A DNA stretch of 47,453 nt, filler included, from Platydemus manokwari (lineage: Eukaryota): the NCBI GenBank assembly GCA_037951405.1. It is 3 parts of 3 records of this genome, joined end to end, with 100 filler letters (N's around TTAATTAATTAA, not from the genome) between each part and the next. Parts side by side here need not be neighbours in the genome. Positions count along the whole stretch, not along the records: positions 1 to 21,060 come from JBBMOY011455864.1; 2 more parts are not named here. One strand, written 5' to 3'. Shown here piece after piece: positions 1 to 12,783 of the stretch. The notes below the pieces were generated by a model, which was given only the letters and a program-made list of their open reading frames with translations, was not told the origin of the DNA and made no database searches. The stretch's first letter is position 1; each line of letters opens with the position of its first letter. Made by a program: the position numbers and the translations under genes.

Positions 1-830
1 AGAAGGTTAAAAATAAAAGAACATTTGGTTTCTTACCATATCATATCAAAACAAAGGTATCACCAAGATTAACAATTACATTTTGAACTATCTGTGATAC
101 CATCTGGATAGGATTAAGACCATTATTAGCATTTCAGAAATTATTTGGCGTTGTAAAAAATAATCCACAACATTTCCTGATCCAAGTTTCGATTATTTCC
201 TATATTAATCGATAATTTGCCATTATATTAAAATGATGAACACATTTCAAATCACTCGTTGCGATTTATCAGCATTGTTGTCACCTTGCTTTAGTTGAAT
301 CCTGATGGTATTTTGTCTTGAACAATCATCTTGAATCATCATAACAATTACTCGAAGATATCTACTGATAAAACTATCGAATAAATTTCTGAAAGAATTA
401 AAATGAATAAACTTAATTTATTATTTTGAATTAATTAGTTGATTATAATGAGCGATCTCTCGTGAAAATAATCCATACGTGTGTTAATTATGTCTTTCTC
501 ATATTCAGTAATATGTGATAACACAGGATGTCGGTAAAGGGAATGACTGATAGTCGAATCTCATTAAATTTCTTATTATGATGCTTATTTAAAAATAAAA
601 TGTAGTTTTTATAGAAAATTATTAATAATTATTATAAAATTTAAAGTCAAAGAGTAGAATTTGTAAAATTTCAGCTGAGAAATAACTGTTTAATGTGGAA
701 TATAACCTTCTGAACTGCAGTACTTTTGTTTTGAACGATAAACATACATGCACAGCCAAGTAGACTCGATAACTTATAATTAAAAGGGAACATAAAACGA
801 GGATTTCAATATGACAATATATAATAATGT

Positions 831-868
831 CACACAAACACACACACACACATACATATATATATATG
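831..868. repeat. (CA)n/(TA)n compound microsatellite
   Basis: cacacaaacacacacacacacatacatatatatatatg. It explains the YIYVCVCVC run in the spurious ORF 622..975. Confidence 0.9.
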
Positions 869-870
869 AC

Positions 871-1010
871 AATTGACCAATCCTGGTCATGATAGATCAA
901 AATATTCAATTGGAATTGTGTAAAATAAATGTTAGGCATACGAAACACAAACGGACTTCTGATTATAAATAACATTGAATATTTAACGAGTTTCCAATTG
1001 AAAGTTGTTA
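871..1010 (+). repeat. diverged copy of dispersed LTR-like repeat family A
   Basis: aattgaccaa...caattggaa...tataaata occur in the same order as in the copy at 12784-12895, but more diverged. Confidence 0.4.
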
Positions 1011-4000
1011 TAGTCAGTTCAAATCAGTGTAGTGGGAATATTTTTTTAGGGATATGATCGTGATAAGCATCACTTATTGGTCAATAAACATATATATTTA
1101 TATTTCAGTAATTAATCAGAATTAAATTCGCATTATGAGATCAATAGGAAATGTTATTGATTTTCTAACATCTATTTAGGAATAGTGATGAAATTCATAA
1201 TTATATCAATAATAATCATTATAATAATCATTATTATTATCACAATAAAGTAATATTTTTAATAACTATTGTTATTAAAGTAATTCTAATATTAACCTAT
1301 CAAATCTTAGTTATAATATTTTCATAAATAAAATATTACTATTATCTGTATTATTTCATTTCACGAATGGAGTTCAATTATCTAGACATTGTTTTAAAAT
1401 ATTAATTATCACTGGATAAAAACTCTTAATCAAACCACTTTCCTCTTAGACTGTGACAAGCCTTTAGCGTTGGGTAATATTATTAACTCTCTAATTAGTC
1501 CAGCGCATTGTAGATCACATCTGAAAGTAGATGCAAACATAAAAATCTTCTCTACATAACAAAATAATAAGAGTCAATGTTAGAAATTTTCTATTAATTT
1601 AATTTTTTGCTTTATTTTTAGATTTATATCTTATTACGAAGAAGAAAATATTGATGAAAAGAAAATTTTGTTCCGTATATCTCTAAATTGATTTTTATCT
1701 ATTGGTCGTTGTAAATTAATTTCGTGCTGGAAAACTGAATCAGTGAATAGAATGTTAAAAATAACTACGACAGACTCATTACTTTATAAACATTTCTATA
1801 TAATTTCTGAACTTCTTGGGCACACATTCCCACAAAGATAATTCAATGACTACAGTAAAATAAAATAAAAACAGCTAATTAAAAATTACATGATATGATT
1901 TAAAATAACAAGGGCTATTGGGGCTAGGATATGTATTAAGACTCGCTTTAAGAATAGAAAAATTTCGGATATCTAACCATTTTAGATCATTACTAAAAAC
2001 AATTCTGCAAAAGAAATGTGAAAATTATCTAAATGTATTTCTTTTGCTTTTTATATCGTTATTTTATTATTAATTATAAATATTTTACTTTTATAACAAC
2101 CGTACTGGAGTTATTTAACTAAGCAAGATCAGCATTTCGCAAATTTTAATGAATACAACCAAAAACTTTATACTTCACAAGAAATACTTTAACAACGAAT
2201 TAATTTCCACTTGGTGATCGTTGTCATCCAATTATAATTAGTGGGAAATTACCGGTTTGATCAATATTAAAATAACCCTATGTAATTTTAAACAAAACCA
2301 AATAATCAATAATAGGCTGACAAATACAATTTGTTTATGTCAAATGCCGATTTGATTAAATAGTAGTAAATTTAGAAATAAATTAACGGTTATGTAACAA
2401 TGCAGATACACACTGTATGATTGACATTTCTATACAATAGGATAGAGCTACATGATTCAAAGCCTAATAATAAGTCTAATAATAATAAACAGAAATTTGT
2501 CCCAAATTTTAAATTGATAAACAATTACAGAACTCCTTGTGTTCCTGCTAAGCTTAGTACGTATAGTGGTACTCACGAAGATTGATTGTACACACTACTA
2601 TAAACTGCTCCTATATTACTATACAGTGCGTTTACCGTACTTTATGCTTCTATGTCTATACTAGTATGTGAACTACAATCGCAATTTATAATCATAAATC
2701 ATTCTTATCTTTCTGCTGAATTTCTTGAAATTACAAACTACTTTCTCTGATCATTCATTATTCACTTTTTCACCAAATAATCCTAAAATACTTAATAGAT
2801 ATTTTTTAACTTTTAGTTTTCCACATTTTCTTCAAGTTGGTATTTCTAGCACAGGACCACTGAATATAAGATAATTATTCCATAAATAATACATTCATAT
2901 ACCATTTCTTATTATTATTTAATATTCTCATCATCTTATTTTCTGTTACCAATAATCAATTAGTTCTTCTATTTAATAATTGTATTATTCCACAATTAGC
3001 ATCCATTAAATAATTTCCATTTCATCAATTTGTATTTTTAATTGTCGATTAAGTATGTCCATAAATTTAACCTGGTAAGATATTTAAATACCGTTTTTTT
3101 CCGATAAAAAATACACGGACCTTATCTAACCAAATACAACTTTAAAAAATTGAAATTATTATGTCTGATCACAAGATACAATCAAGCGCGTTTTGTTTTT
3201 CCGTTATAAATGATGATGGGGTTAATGTTTATTTTTTGTTTTGATGCTACATTTTTATTCGATGGAGTCCCTATTTGATTTCTTATCCTAATAGGTAGAT
3301 CGTCATATCAGCTATTACATTGATAGATCTTCCCTTTGTTCTTTTATTTACAGTTATAACTGATTTGTATTTCCCTCTTCTATTACATAAAAACAATTAA
3401 AAAAATTAATAAATGATAAAGAATCATAAATATGACAAGTGATTCTTTGAAAGAAATTCACTTCTTTTTTCATTCACCTTGGTTAAGCACCAGGAAACAA
3501 GATATAATCAATTTAAGAATATCATGAAATTTATTTTTCCCTGAAGTTGAGAATAACAAATTATAAGAAAATCATTTAATATAGCTCATTTATTTTTCAT
3601 TTGAGTTTTTTTATTTTCAATTCAAAAGAAGTTTTAAATTAATAATATTCGTGAAGAAAGTCAAGTCTCTCAGTTCCAAACCATTCAAAGATGTGAAATT
3701 TCCTCACTTAATTGTAACACATAGCCTAGTAACATATGTTAAGGATGCACCATATACATCATCCTTAAAATCACCCTCCCAATCGCAGATATTCAAATTT
3801 TATCGATAATAGACCACAATCATTCTAGCTCCAGTAAACAGTTAGCCATCCAAAAACCAATCCAAATTCAATATCGAATTCAGCAGCCCAATCCAGTAAT
3901 CCAATCATCCTCTAATAATTCAGTCAACAAATCTTGTCGGAATCAACAAACAACTTAATCATTCAATCGTTCTCATTCAAACCCAATTATTTACTCATTT

Positions 4001-4099
4001 TCGAATAATTCAATACTCTGAATCAATTATTTAATTGTCCTCAAACAACGCAATTGGTCAATCACTATCGATCAAATAATTCTCAAGAGCGCTGTACAA

Positions 4100-4730
4100 A
4101 TATATGGAATAAAATAATAATCTCAAGGAATAAAAATGGCGCCAGCTATAGAAACTGCATCATAGAGAAATACTATATAAGCACAACATAAAAACATGGC
4201 AAACACCCATCTTTAACCAAGTGAACCAGCTCATAGGCGAAATCACAGAAGCTCATTACAAAACACGTGAAGAATAATTTGAAGACTGCTCGACGATTTT
4301 CAGCCATATTCGTAAGATTATTTTGTTACGGTAGAGTTACTGTTCGGTAATTAATTATCTTGTGTCGTCTCCCGAACTCTTCCCTTCCGGTACTCGGTGT
4401 TTTGGGTACCACGTAGTTATCTGCTTGCTCAGTGTACTACACAATTTAGCAAAATTTGTTTTTGTTCTTTTTTATTTTTGCTTATTTTTTCATTCTTCAT
4501 AAATAAATTATTTAATTAATCAACGTCTTATCGTGTTGTCAGTATTATTAACTGTAATCGTAGGTTATTCTGGTGACAGCGGGAAGTCATAAGTCCTTGT
4601 TTTCGCAGTTGATCATTTATCACAGGGGTATTATTATTACCTTTCAGTCTAATTTTTCAGTAGTTCGTCCTCATATGAGCTATTGAAGCCCTCTAAAGGA
4701 CCAATAAAATCATTAATAACCCTAACTCGA
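4100..4730 (+). mobile_element. LTR/leader-like repeat family B, copy 1
   Basis: Shares blocks with 35940-36565: aaaatggcgccagc vs aacatggtcccagc; cagttgatca; catatgagctattgaagccctctaaaggacca vs catattagctactggcgccctctaggacca. Has a TATA-like tatataag, AATAAA near 4502 and a PBS-like TGGTGACAGCGG at 4571. Confidence 0.5.
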
Positions 4731-5641
4731 AACAAAATTTATTTCACATATAGTGTATAATTTCGCACCAATCTTAATTGATTATTATCTTTTGAACTGT
4801 TTGTCTAATGAAAAGTGATAATTTGGAAAACATCAAAAAATCGATTCAACTAAGTTTTGTGAATCCATAATTTATTTGTAATCTGGCTTGCCGACCATTT
4901 TGGTTTAGTCTTATTTAACTCTGGTATGAATTAGGCCTATGACTTTGACTAATCGGATATGGAATTGACTGAACGTGAAACCCTACCAATGGAGGAGTTG
5001 ATAATTAAAGTCTAAAGATATTTATCCATCAATTGAAATGCACGTGATTGTTTAGCCAATCACATAAGAAGCTTCAGTGTTTTAGCAAGTTCTTGATATC
5101 TTAATCTTTTAAAGTAATTCTAAAATCCAATCTCTATTAGCTAAGTAGCTATTTTTATAAACATATTAATTATAGGAAAATATAAAAATTTTAACTCAAT
5201 TGCTTTAATTGACTAAGGTCCCCGCATAGTTAATCAATTTAACACACTTGACAATCGTTATGTTTTAATACACAAATTCAAAATTAATTTTGTGTGCAAT
5301 AATTATAATTTATTGTAAGAAACCCAAAATAAAAAAAAAATCTTACTTAAAAAGAAATGGATAAACTTAAACGAATATCTGAGACTCTCTAAATAGAGTC
5401 AAAGAATTTGAAGTTGAAAAATTTAAATTATTTATCAATAAGGACCGAATTGGTTGTTTAAGAACGGAACATAAGGAAAGCCAATTAAAATAGAAATTCC
5501 AGAAAAAACTACAGATGGTTTATTTATATAAGATTGGAATTTGGATAATTGTAGAATTAAATTGAATCATTGACGGTTGATAGATCTATTACTTTTTGAT
5601 AGGATATTAGTTGATATCATGATCGATAATTTTATATAGAT

Positions 5642-5965
5642 CAGTGATTCTCAACACTGGAGTCGAGACTCCAAATTGGGTCGGCAAGCATTTTTAAAGA
5701 AGTCGCCGAATTATGGTAATGTGTTCACAATCTCCTCGAGTACTACAGTTAAGCATTTTATAGATAATGTTATTATCTGATAACCTTATTATTATAGGTA
5801 ATTCATTACTTGCTATATCAACATTATGATTAAATTGTTACAAATTGATTTTATTAAATATAGTGAGTTATGACTTATTTTTAGTAATATTAGTTTTCTT
5901 TGGAGTCGCAAAATTCTTAAAAATGGGAAAATGAGTAGCCATAGAAAAAAGGTTGAGAACCATTG
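5642..5965 (+). mobile_element. hAT-family MITE (non-autonomous DNA transposon), complete copy
   Basis: TIRs CAGTGATTCTCAAC (5642) and GTTGAGAACCATTG (5952-5965) match the CAGTGGTTCTCAAC-type hAT/Charlie end. The 8-bp flanks atatagat and atatatat (7/8 identical) fit an hAT target-site duplication. Confidence 0.8.
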
Positions 5966-5971
5966 ATATAT

Positions 5972-6216
5972 ATAACTCACCATATTTAATAAAATCAATT
6001 TGTAACAATTTAATCAGAATGTTGATACAACAAGTAATGAATTACCTATAATAATAAGGTTATCAGATAATAACATTACCTATAAAAGACTTAAGGTAAT
6101 TGTGAACAGAAGTAGTTTAGTCAGCATCACAAACTATTTATTTAACAGCATCATTAAACACATTTTTACATGTAATGGTTTGTACACCTACCATGATTCG
6201 GAGTTGAGAACCACTG
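5972..6216 (-). mobile_element. second, inverted and truncated copy of the same hAT MITE
   Basis: 5972-6094 is a near-perfect reverse complement of 5749-5871. TIR GTTGAGAACCACTG lies at 6203-6216. Confidence 0.75.
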
Positions 6217-7195
6217 CACTAAATGAATATTTCATATCATACTATGAATATTACTGATTATTTTATGGTTACACCTGGAGTTTATCTTACATTTATCTGG
6301 AATTATAAAAGTATTCATTTATTGCCATATTTTAGAATTTCCAGTTTAATATCATCAGTTTATTTTGGGTCTAAACAAGGTATTGTCAAACTTTACCACC
6401 CAGTGATGTTTTAAATAAAAGAGAGGTGCATATAATAGGAATACAAATTAAAATAATAAATAATATGAAATTTCTTCTATGGCAATTCAATGTATTTTGG
6501 AGTGTAGTTCTATCAAGATATCTGACAAAAAGGTAGATATTTAGATGGGCTGATTGTTTGTTTACTTATTTCTTTCCTTTCGAGTATTGTTTATATGATG
6601 GTTTAAATCTTGGAGGAATATTTGGAACTGCTGGAAAGGAACTTCTTTCGCATATCGAAGTACTAATTGTTTATATATTTACTTAATTCGAAAAACGCTG
6701 GCTATCATGAAAGTAAGGACAATGTTTTAGAAACACAACTAGCAGGTGTTCAATAATTATTGGCAATTTCTTTCTTAACCCTTGATTAAAATTAAAAACA
6801 TGTGTTTCAGCGGAAAATTTAGACTTTCGGTAATCATTTCAATTATTACTGACAAATATTTAGGTGATCATTTACAAGTTATCAACACGGCTTTCAACAA
6901 AATTAAATAATAAATTACTTTTTGCTCAACTCTATAAATATTCAAACAATTAACTCTATAGAAAAATACAGTCAGCATAAATTAACAGAAAAATCGAAAT
7001 AAAAAAATAATTTAAGTTGAAAAAGTTAATGATGATAAAATTTTAATTTATGAATAAATAAATTAAAATTCATTGCTGAAACTGGTATGAATTCGTCACC
7101 AGTGAAATGGTGTATATAGTAGACCATTTCAAAAGGAAAATACGAGAAAAATCTGATGCCCTAAATTTGAGGCTTTAAAGTATGACTGAAATTCA

Positions 7196-7246
7196 AAAAA
7201 TCGAAAATTTCCAAAAATCGAAAATTTCCAAAAATCGAAAATTTCT
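7196..7246. repeat. 17-bp tandem repeat x3 (aaaaatcgaaaatttcc)
   Basis: Three consecutive units are read directly; the last ends in ct. Confidence 0.9.
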
Positions 7247-9615
7247 AAATTTGAAGTTGAGCAGCGATAATTTCAACTGATAAATTTGAGAAGTGATTTT
7301 TGAATTTTAAATTTCAACATGACAATCGAATTAAAAAATATTACTAGGTGATTAGATGATATAGACACTACAACTCCCAAAACGGGAACATATTTTTGTA
7401 ACTTATATTTTTACTATAATTGTGTTTTGTTTCACTAATATTGACCATCATTATTTATTAAAATAAATCAGAGGATTTTTGTTCAAATGTTCAAAATGAA
7501 AATTGTGAACAGATATCTTTTGAGGATGCAGAGAATTCAATGGAGACTGCTCAAATTCATAAAGAATAATCATCGTTTTAAAGAAGACTGCATTATGCAG
7601 CCATATGCGTTACAAAGAGAAATAGATAAGCAGAAGTTTCAATGCCGCTGAAATTCCAACCTTCGTAATCTTGTTCAAGGCACTCTAGAAGCAGGTGAAT
7701 ACGCAACAAATGCGCTAGTCATTGATGAAGACGAAAAAATCCAGCACAACAGATGAATAAAGATTTTATTTAGTTACAACACCAACCACCTGTAAAATTA
7801 AATATTGATAAAATTTGGTCAATAAGCAGTCAATACTTAAAAGCGTATAAAATCACTAGTTATTCAGTTTAGAGAATCCATTTCTTTATTTAAACTCTAT
7901 TTATTATCTAATTTTCAGTAAGCATCTGTTATTATGTACATAAGGTTAACAAAATACACTCATTTGATTTTGTAAATCTTTTATTTTAACTAAAACTAAC
8001 TTCTTCCTGAAACTGGAACAACACTTCTACAACCGGAACATTAAAAGTGATCCACTTTTTGGAGTTATAGTACATATGTTGAGTTTATTTTATATGATTT
8101 ATTTTTAATATTATATGGGTCAAAATAAATTGATTAAATAGTAAAAAGACAAAAAATTCTAGAGAAATTTCTGGAACAATAAAACATGAATTTGATAAAA
8201 TATATTTATTTTAATCGAAAACTTAAGAAAATACTATATTAACTGATGATGAAATTTTAAAACAAAAGAAACTATAAAATATTTAAAAGAAGAGATTTTA
8301 AAAATAAAAAATAATAATAATGAATAAAAAAATAAATTACAAAATAAGGTTCAAAAAGAACAGAAAATAAACATGAGAGATAAAAGAAAAATATAGAGAG
8401 GTGTTATAGAATTTTAAAATACATGAATAAATTTAACTAAAACTTAAAAAATTTAAGAAATTAAAAAAATGTATAAAAATGAAAAAAAATAAAGAAAGTA
8501 TTAAATGAATGTTTACCTTAAAATACGCGACTTATTTAGAGAATGTGTTAATTTTTTTATTACAAATATTAAAGAATTTAATGATTATAGACAAATTGTT
8601 ACTTGTCAAGATATGGAAATACTAAAAATATAAATATTAAACAATTCAGATTAGAACTTGAAAAAATATTTCAAATATCATTTTTGTTAAAAATTTTAGG
8701 TTTTTGTTGTTTAAAGACTAGTGTTATAAAACTAAACAGCATGAATTCGTGATAACGTATCCGTACTTATTTATTCCGTTTTTAGATAATGATCACAACA
8801 TAAGCATAAATCCACTCTTTAAAGTTTAATAACGTAAGTTTACAATAACAAGTATGGTTATTTTGTTGAGCTTTCAGGAACTTGATTACGGCATTAATGA
8901 TTTTAGTTTACAGATTTTTAAATAATTTATTTTGATTCCAAGAGAAGCAGAATCTTTTGGTAATTCATTTAAATTAGTTATGGAAAAGTTTTACTAAAAT
9001 TTAATAAGGTGGTTATTTCTGTTTGATAATTATTAAAGTTAGTTCACAAACTACTGTTTGTAGTAGTAAAAGTCAATTTGTAATTCAAATTATCAATTTG
9101 AACGGTTAAAATTAATTCTTCAAGCTGTTAGTTATCGAAGCTTTTGTTTGAGTGAAATGTTAGCATTTTTCTTCGACTTATATAGTAGTCGACTTTGGGT
9201 ACTTTGTGCCCGACGATTATTTGAAAAATTTAATACTTTTTGTTACTTTGTACAGTTATTCTAAACTTGTAAATTACTTACCTGACTATAATTTCAAAAT
9301 TTAAAATTCTTAATTAACTAACCTTTAAAATTCCCTATCAATTTTCTTATTTTATTTTAATAATTAAACCGGCTCCCTGTTCTGATAAAAATCAAGAAAT
9401 ACTAATACATAACATTAATTTTAAAATTCATTATTATTAAAAATTTAGAAAAATATCTTTTGAGTTATACTAATTAGTTAGGTTTCAATTTAGAATTTTA
9501 AAATTTAAAAATTAATTAATTTTTTAATTACCTAATTATAAAATAAAAGTGTTTGTTTAAATATTTAAAATTTCATATCTGTTTTGAAGTTATCTTTAAA
9601 TTATTAATTTAATAG

Positions 9616-11361
9616 ATGTCATTTATACCAAATTTACCACCATCAGTTTTGGTTAAGCAAAACGATGATGCTAGTAAACAGAAATATACTAAAGAGGATT
9701 TTAAAAAGATGAAAGAGTTAGAAGAAGCTAGAAAGCTAGCTCAAGTTCCAGCAATGAAAGATGAACATGGAAACGATATAAATCCTCATATACCACAATA
9801 TATTATGCAAGCGCCGTGGTTTTATAATTCTGAAACACCTACTTTACGTCATCAAAGATTGGAGCAAGCCAAACAAGAGCCTGTAGGATTGAGTCAAATA
9901 ATTGCATCTCATAAAAATAAGATTTTAAAAAAAGAGGTGGTTGTAAATTCTTTTCGAAAAGGTGCTTGTGAAAATTGTGGAGGATTTGGTCATAAAAGAT
10001 CTGAATGTTGTGAGAAGCCAAGAGCAAGGCTAGCTAAATTTTCTAACAAACCAATGGTTGTAGTTGATATCACGTCAAATAGTATTAATGATAAAAACCT
10101 TGGATATGATGCTAAGAGAGATCGATATAACAATTATGATTCTGTGGAACATACAGAAGTCGTCGATAGGTTCTACCAGAAAGAAGAATTACGGAAACAA
10201 GCCAATGCAAGACAATTGGAAGAACAGTTAAAATCTTGTGATGAAGAAACAAAGAAAAAATTATTTGAAAAAGTAGACGAAGATGAAAGTCGAACCGGAG
10301 AAGATGTTGACATGCCAGGTCAGAAATTTGATGCAAAACAACGCCAATCGATTCGAAATTTACGATTGCGAGAAGATATTCCGAAGTATTTGCTAAATCT
10401 CGATCCAGATTCGGCATATTATGACCCAAAGACTCGTGCTATGAGAGGAAATCCGTTTGAAAATACTGGAAAAAGTGTTGAAGAAGTACCATTTGCCGGT
10501 GATAATTTTATTCGTTTGGAAGATGAAGCGAAAGAAATGTTGCAATCGCAAGTTTTCGTTTGGGAAATGCAAAAGCGGGGCGTCAATCTTCATTTGCAAG
10601 CCGATCCGACTCGAGTAGAATTATTGGCCCGTCAAATCGAAGAAGGCTCGAAGACTGTGAAGAGTAAAATCAATCAGGAAATCTTGGACACATACGGTGG
10701 TGAGGAATTCCTTCAGCCACCTCCAATGGAATTGATTTACGGCCAATCGGAATCCTATTTTGAATACGATTCGTCGGGACGACAAATCAAAGGTCCGAAA
10801 AAACCGAAGGTGTTGTCTCGATATGAAGAGGACGTCTACAAGAACAATCACAGCTCCGTGTGGGGATCTTATTGGAAGCATGGTCGATGGGGCTATAAAT
10901 GTTGTCATTCGTTTGAAAAGGCCAGTTATTGTTTAGGAGAAGCTGGAATAAAAATTGAAACTCAAACTGATATGGAAGAATTAATGCATAATCAATCCAA
11001 TGACGTCATTGAACCGGCCTGTCAAACTTTATCTCAACCAGATAATGAGAAAGCGACAAAACGAAAAACTGAAAAGGAAAAATCGAGAAATAAAAAACGA
11101 AAAAGATCGAATAGTTCCCAATCGGATAGTAGTGATTCGAGCAGTTCTAGTGATGAAGGCCAACATGAAAAACAGATCCAAAAAGCTCTTGATAAAGAAA
11201 GGAAACGATTGAAATATGTTGAGGAATGTTTATCAAATAATGAAAGAAATCGACCATATAATTCGAATTATGGCGACTCCACAAATCTGTCTGAAGCTGA
11301 AATCGAAGCATATCATCGATTGAAAATGATGAAAGATGATCCAATGAGAAAATTTGTTTGA
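9616..11361 (+). CDS. SLU7: pre-mRNA-splicing factor SLU7 (second-step factor), intronless, 581 aa
   Basis: Family motifs ELEEARK...DINPHIPQYIMQAPW, TLRHQR, zinc knuckle FRKGACENCGGFGHKRSECCEKPR, YDAKRDRY, RNLRLREDIPKYLLNLDPDSAYYDPKTRAMR, SRYEEDVYKNNHSSVWGSYW..GRWGYKCCHS and C-terminal DDPM. Confidence 0.98.
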   Translation: MSFIPNLPPSVLVKQNDDASKQKYTKEDFKKMKELEEARKLAQVPAMKDEHGNDINPHIPQYIMQAPWFYNSETPTLRHQRLEQAKQEPVGLSQIIASHKNKILKKEVVVNSFRKGACENCGGFGHKRSECCEKPRARLAKFSNKPMVVVDITSNSINDKNLGYDAKRDRYNNYDSVEHTEVVDRFYQKEELRKQANARQLEEQLKSCDEETKKKLFEKVDEDESRTGEDVDMPGQKFDAKQRQSIRNLRLREDIPKYLLNLDPDSAYYDPKTRAMRGNPFENTGKSVEEVPFAGDNFIRLEDEAKEMLQSQVFVWEMQKRGVNLHLQADPTRVELLARQIEEGSKTVKSKINQEILDTYGGEEFLQPPPMELIYGQSESYFEYDSSGRQIKGPKKPKVLSRYEEDVYKNNHSSVWGSYWKHGRWGYKCCHSFEKASYCLGEAGIKIETQTDMEELMHNQSNDVIEPACQTLSQPDNEKATKRKTEKEKSRNKKRKRSNSSQSDSSDSSSSSDEGQHEKQIQKALDKERKRLKYVEECLSNNERNRPYNSNYGDSTNLSEAEIEAYHRLKMMKDDPMRKFV

Positions 11362-11385
11362 ATTAATTTTATTTGTATATTGTTT

Positions 11386-11391
11386 AATAAA
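11386..11391 (+). promoter_or_regulatory. polyadenylation signal of SLU7
   Basis: AATAAA lies about 25 nt after the TGA stop and is followed by T-rich sequence. Confidence 0.55.
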
Positions 11392-12783
11392 GATTATTTT
11401 CAATTTTTATTTCATCAATTGCTGCAATTTGATTGGTTCATTCATTTTGGTTTAATAATCGATAAATAATATTTTGTTAAATTGATGTAATGTATGGGTT
11501 TGGTATGTGTTATCGTTTCTAGATTTCATCATTTATTTTCTAATTGACATTCTCGAAGAACATATTGGTGTTTTGATTAGTAAGTTAGTGTTTATAGATT
11601 GGTAGAATTTGATTGTCAAACAATATTGATTTGATTTAGAGAAATAGAATAAACAATATCTAAATGTGGGGGCGACATGCAATGTGACCCTCGATGTTGA
11701 TTTGAATTAATAACTTGTACAGAATTTCTGATGTTCACCATTATAAAATAAATAGTTTTCATTCAATTTTTCAATCCATACTGTCTCATTCTTAGTTGAG
11801 CTCATACGCATATTTTATTCTTTGGAAATGTAGGCATGTATGTGTTGGGAATCTAACCTAAAAAGATCATACAATTAACAAATAACATTGCTGTTGACAA
11901 TTATATATACTCAAATTAAACAATAATACTGATGGAATTTGATGTTGGTGATAATTTATTAGCTGTGAGGGTAGATATATGGTAAGACAATTTTACAAAT
12001 GTTTGACTCGTCACAAAATTGGTTACCTGCTTAAATTCAAGTTTAAGCCAAATAAATAAATAATTAATAAAAATGAATAATTGAAGTCGATAATCTTTAT
12101 TCAATCAATATGATATATACACGTATACAATAATAACAATTTCTCAAGATGATTTTAAGTTTCACTGATTTTACATTTATTAATGCTGTCGTGCCCCACA
12201 GATGATTGAAAAACCAACGTTGGTAACTTTTATCACCCAACTCTGGTTAAAAAAGAAGATCTGTAGCAGTATAAAATTAGTATGAAGTCAAATGTTCTTT
12301 GAGAATTTCGACGTGGATATTTTATGATTTAAATACCCCTTTCGGATATTATTAGTATTAATTATGATTAATATCTTTTAAATAAAAATTACTCATAACG
12401 AAACTCGAATTCTATTCGTCCTATTGTTAAATTATGTTCTGTTTGTCAAAAAATTATTTGAGCAAATTTGTCTAAATTACTTTGTCTCTTATACTAAATT
12501 TTATGCTCCTTTTCGTAGGGTCTACGTTTTGTTCCTACTGTATCGGGCATTTTCCTCATCAGTTGTCATGGCAACATGGTAATTGTCACGATTATTTGTA
12601 TTTGTGAATGTTTATTATTTATTTATTATTTTATTTCAGTTAAACAAATTTGTTGTTTTAAAATGAGTATGCGCTTTTAAAGTGCACAACCATAAAGGCA
12701 TAGAAACCAACTAATCACAGAAAATTTAAATATGAAATTCTAATTCGACAAATGGAAATAACTACATAATAACGCACACTAGT

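Noticed and set aside
622-975. 117-aa minus-strand ORF
   Set aside because: It spans a microsatellite and a repeat copy. Its hydrophobic composition is what AT-rich non-coding DNA gives.
9839-11344. Overlapping antisense and alternate-frame ORFs within SLU7
   Set aside because: They are shadows of the real CDS with no independent motifs.
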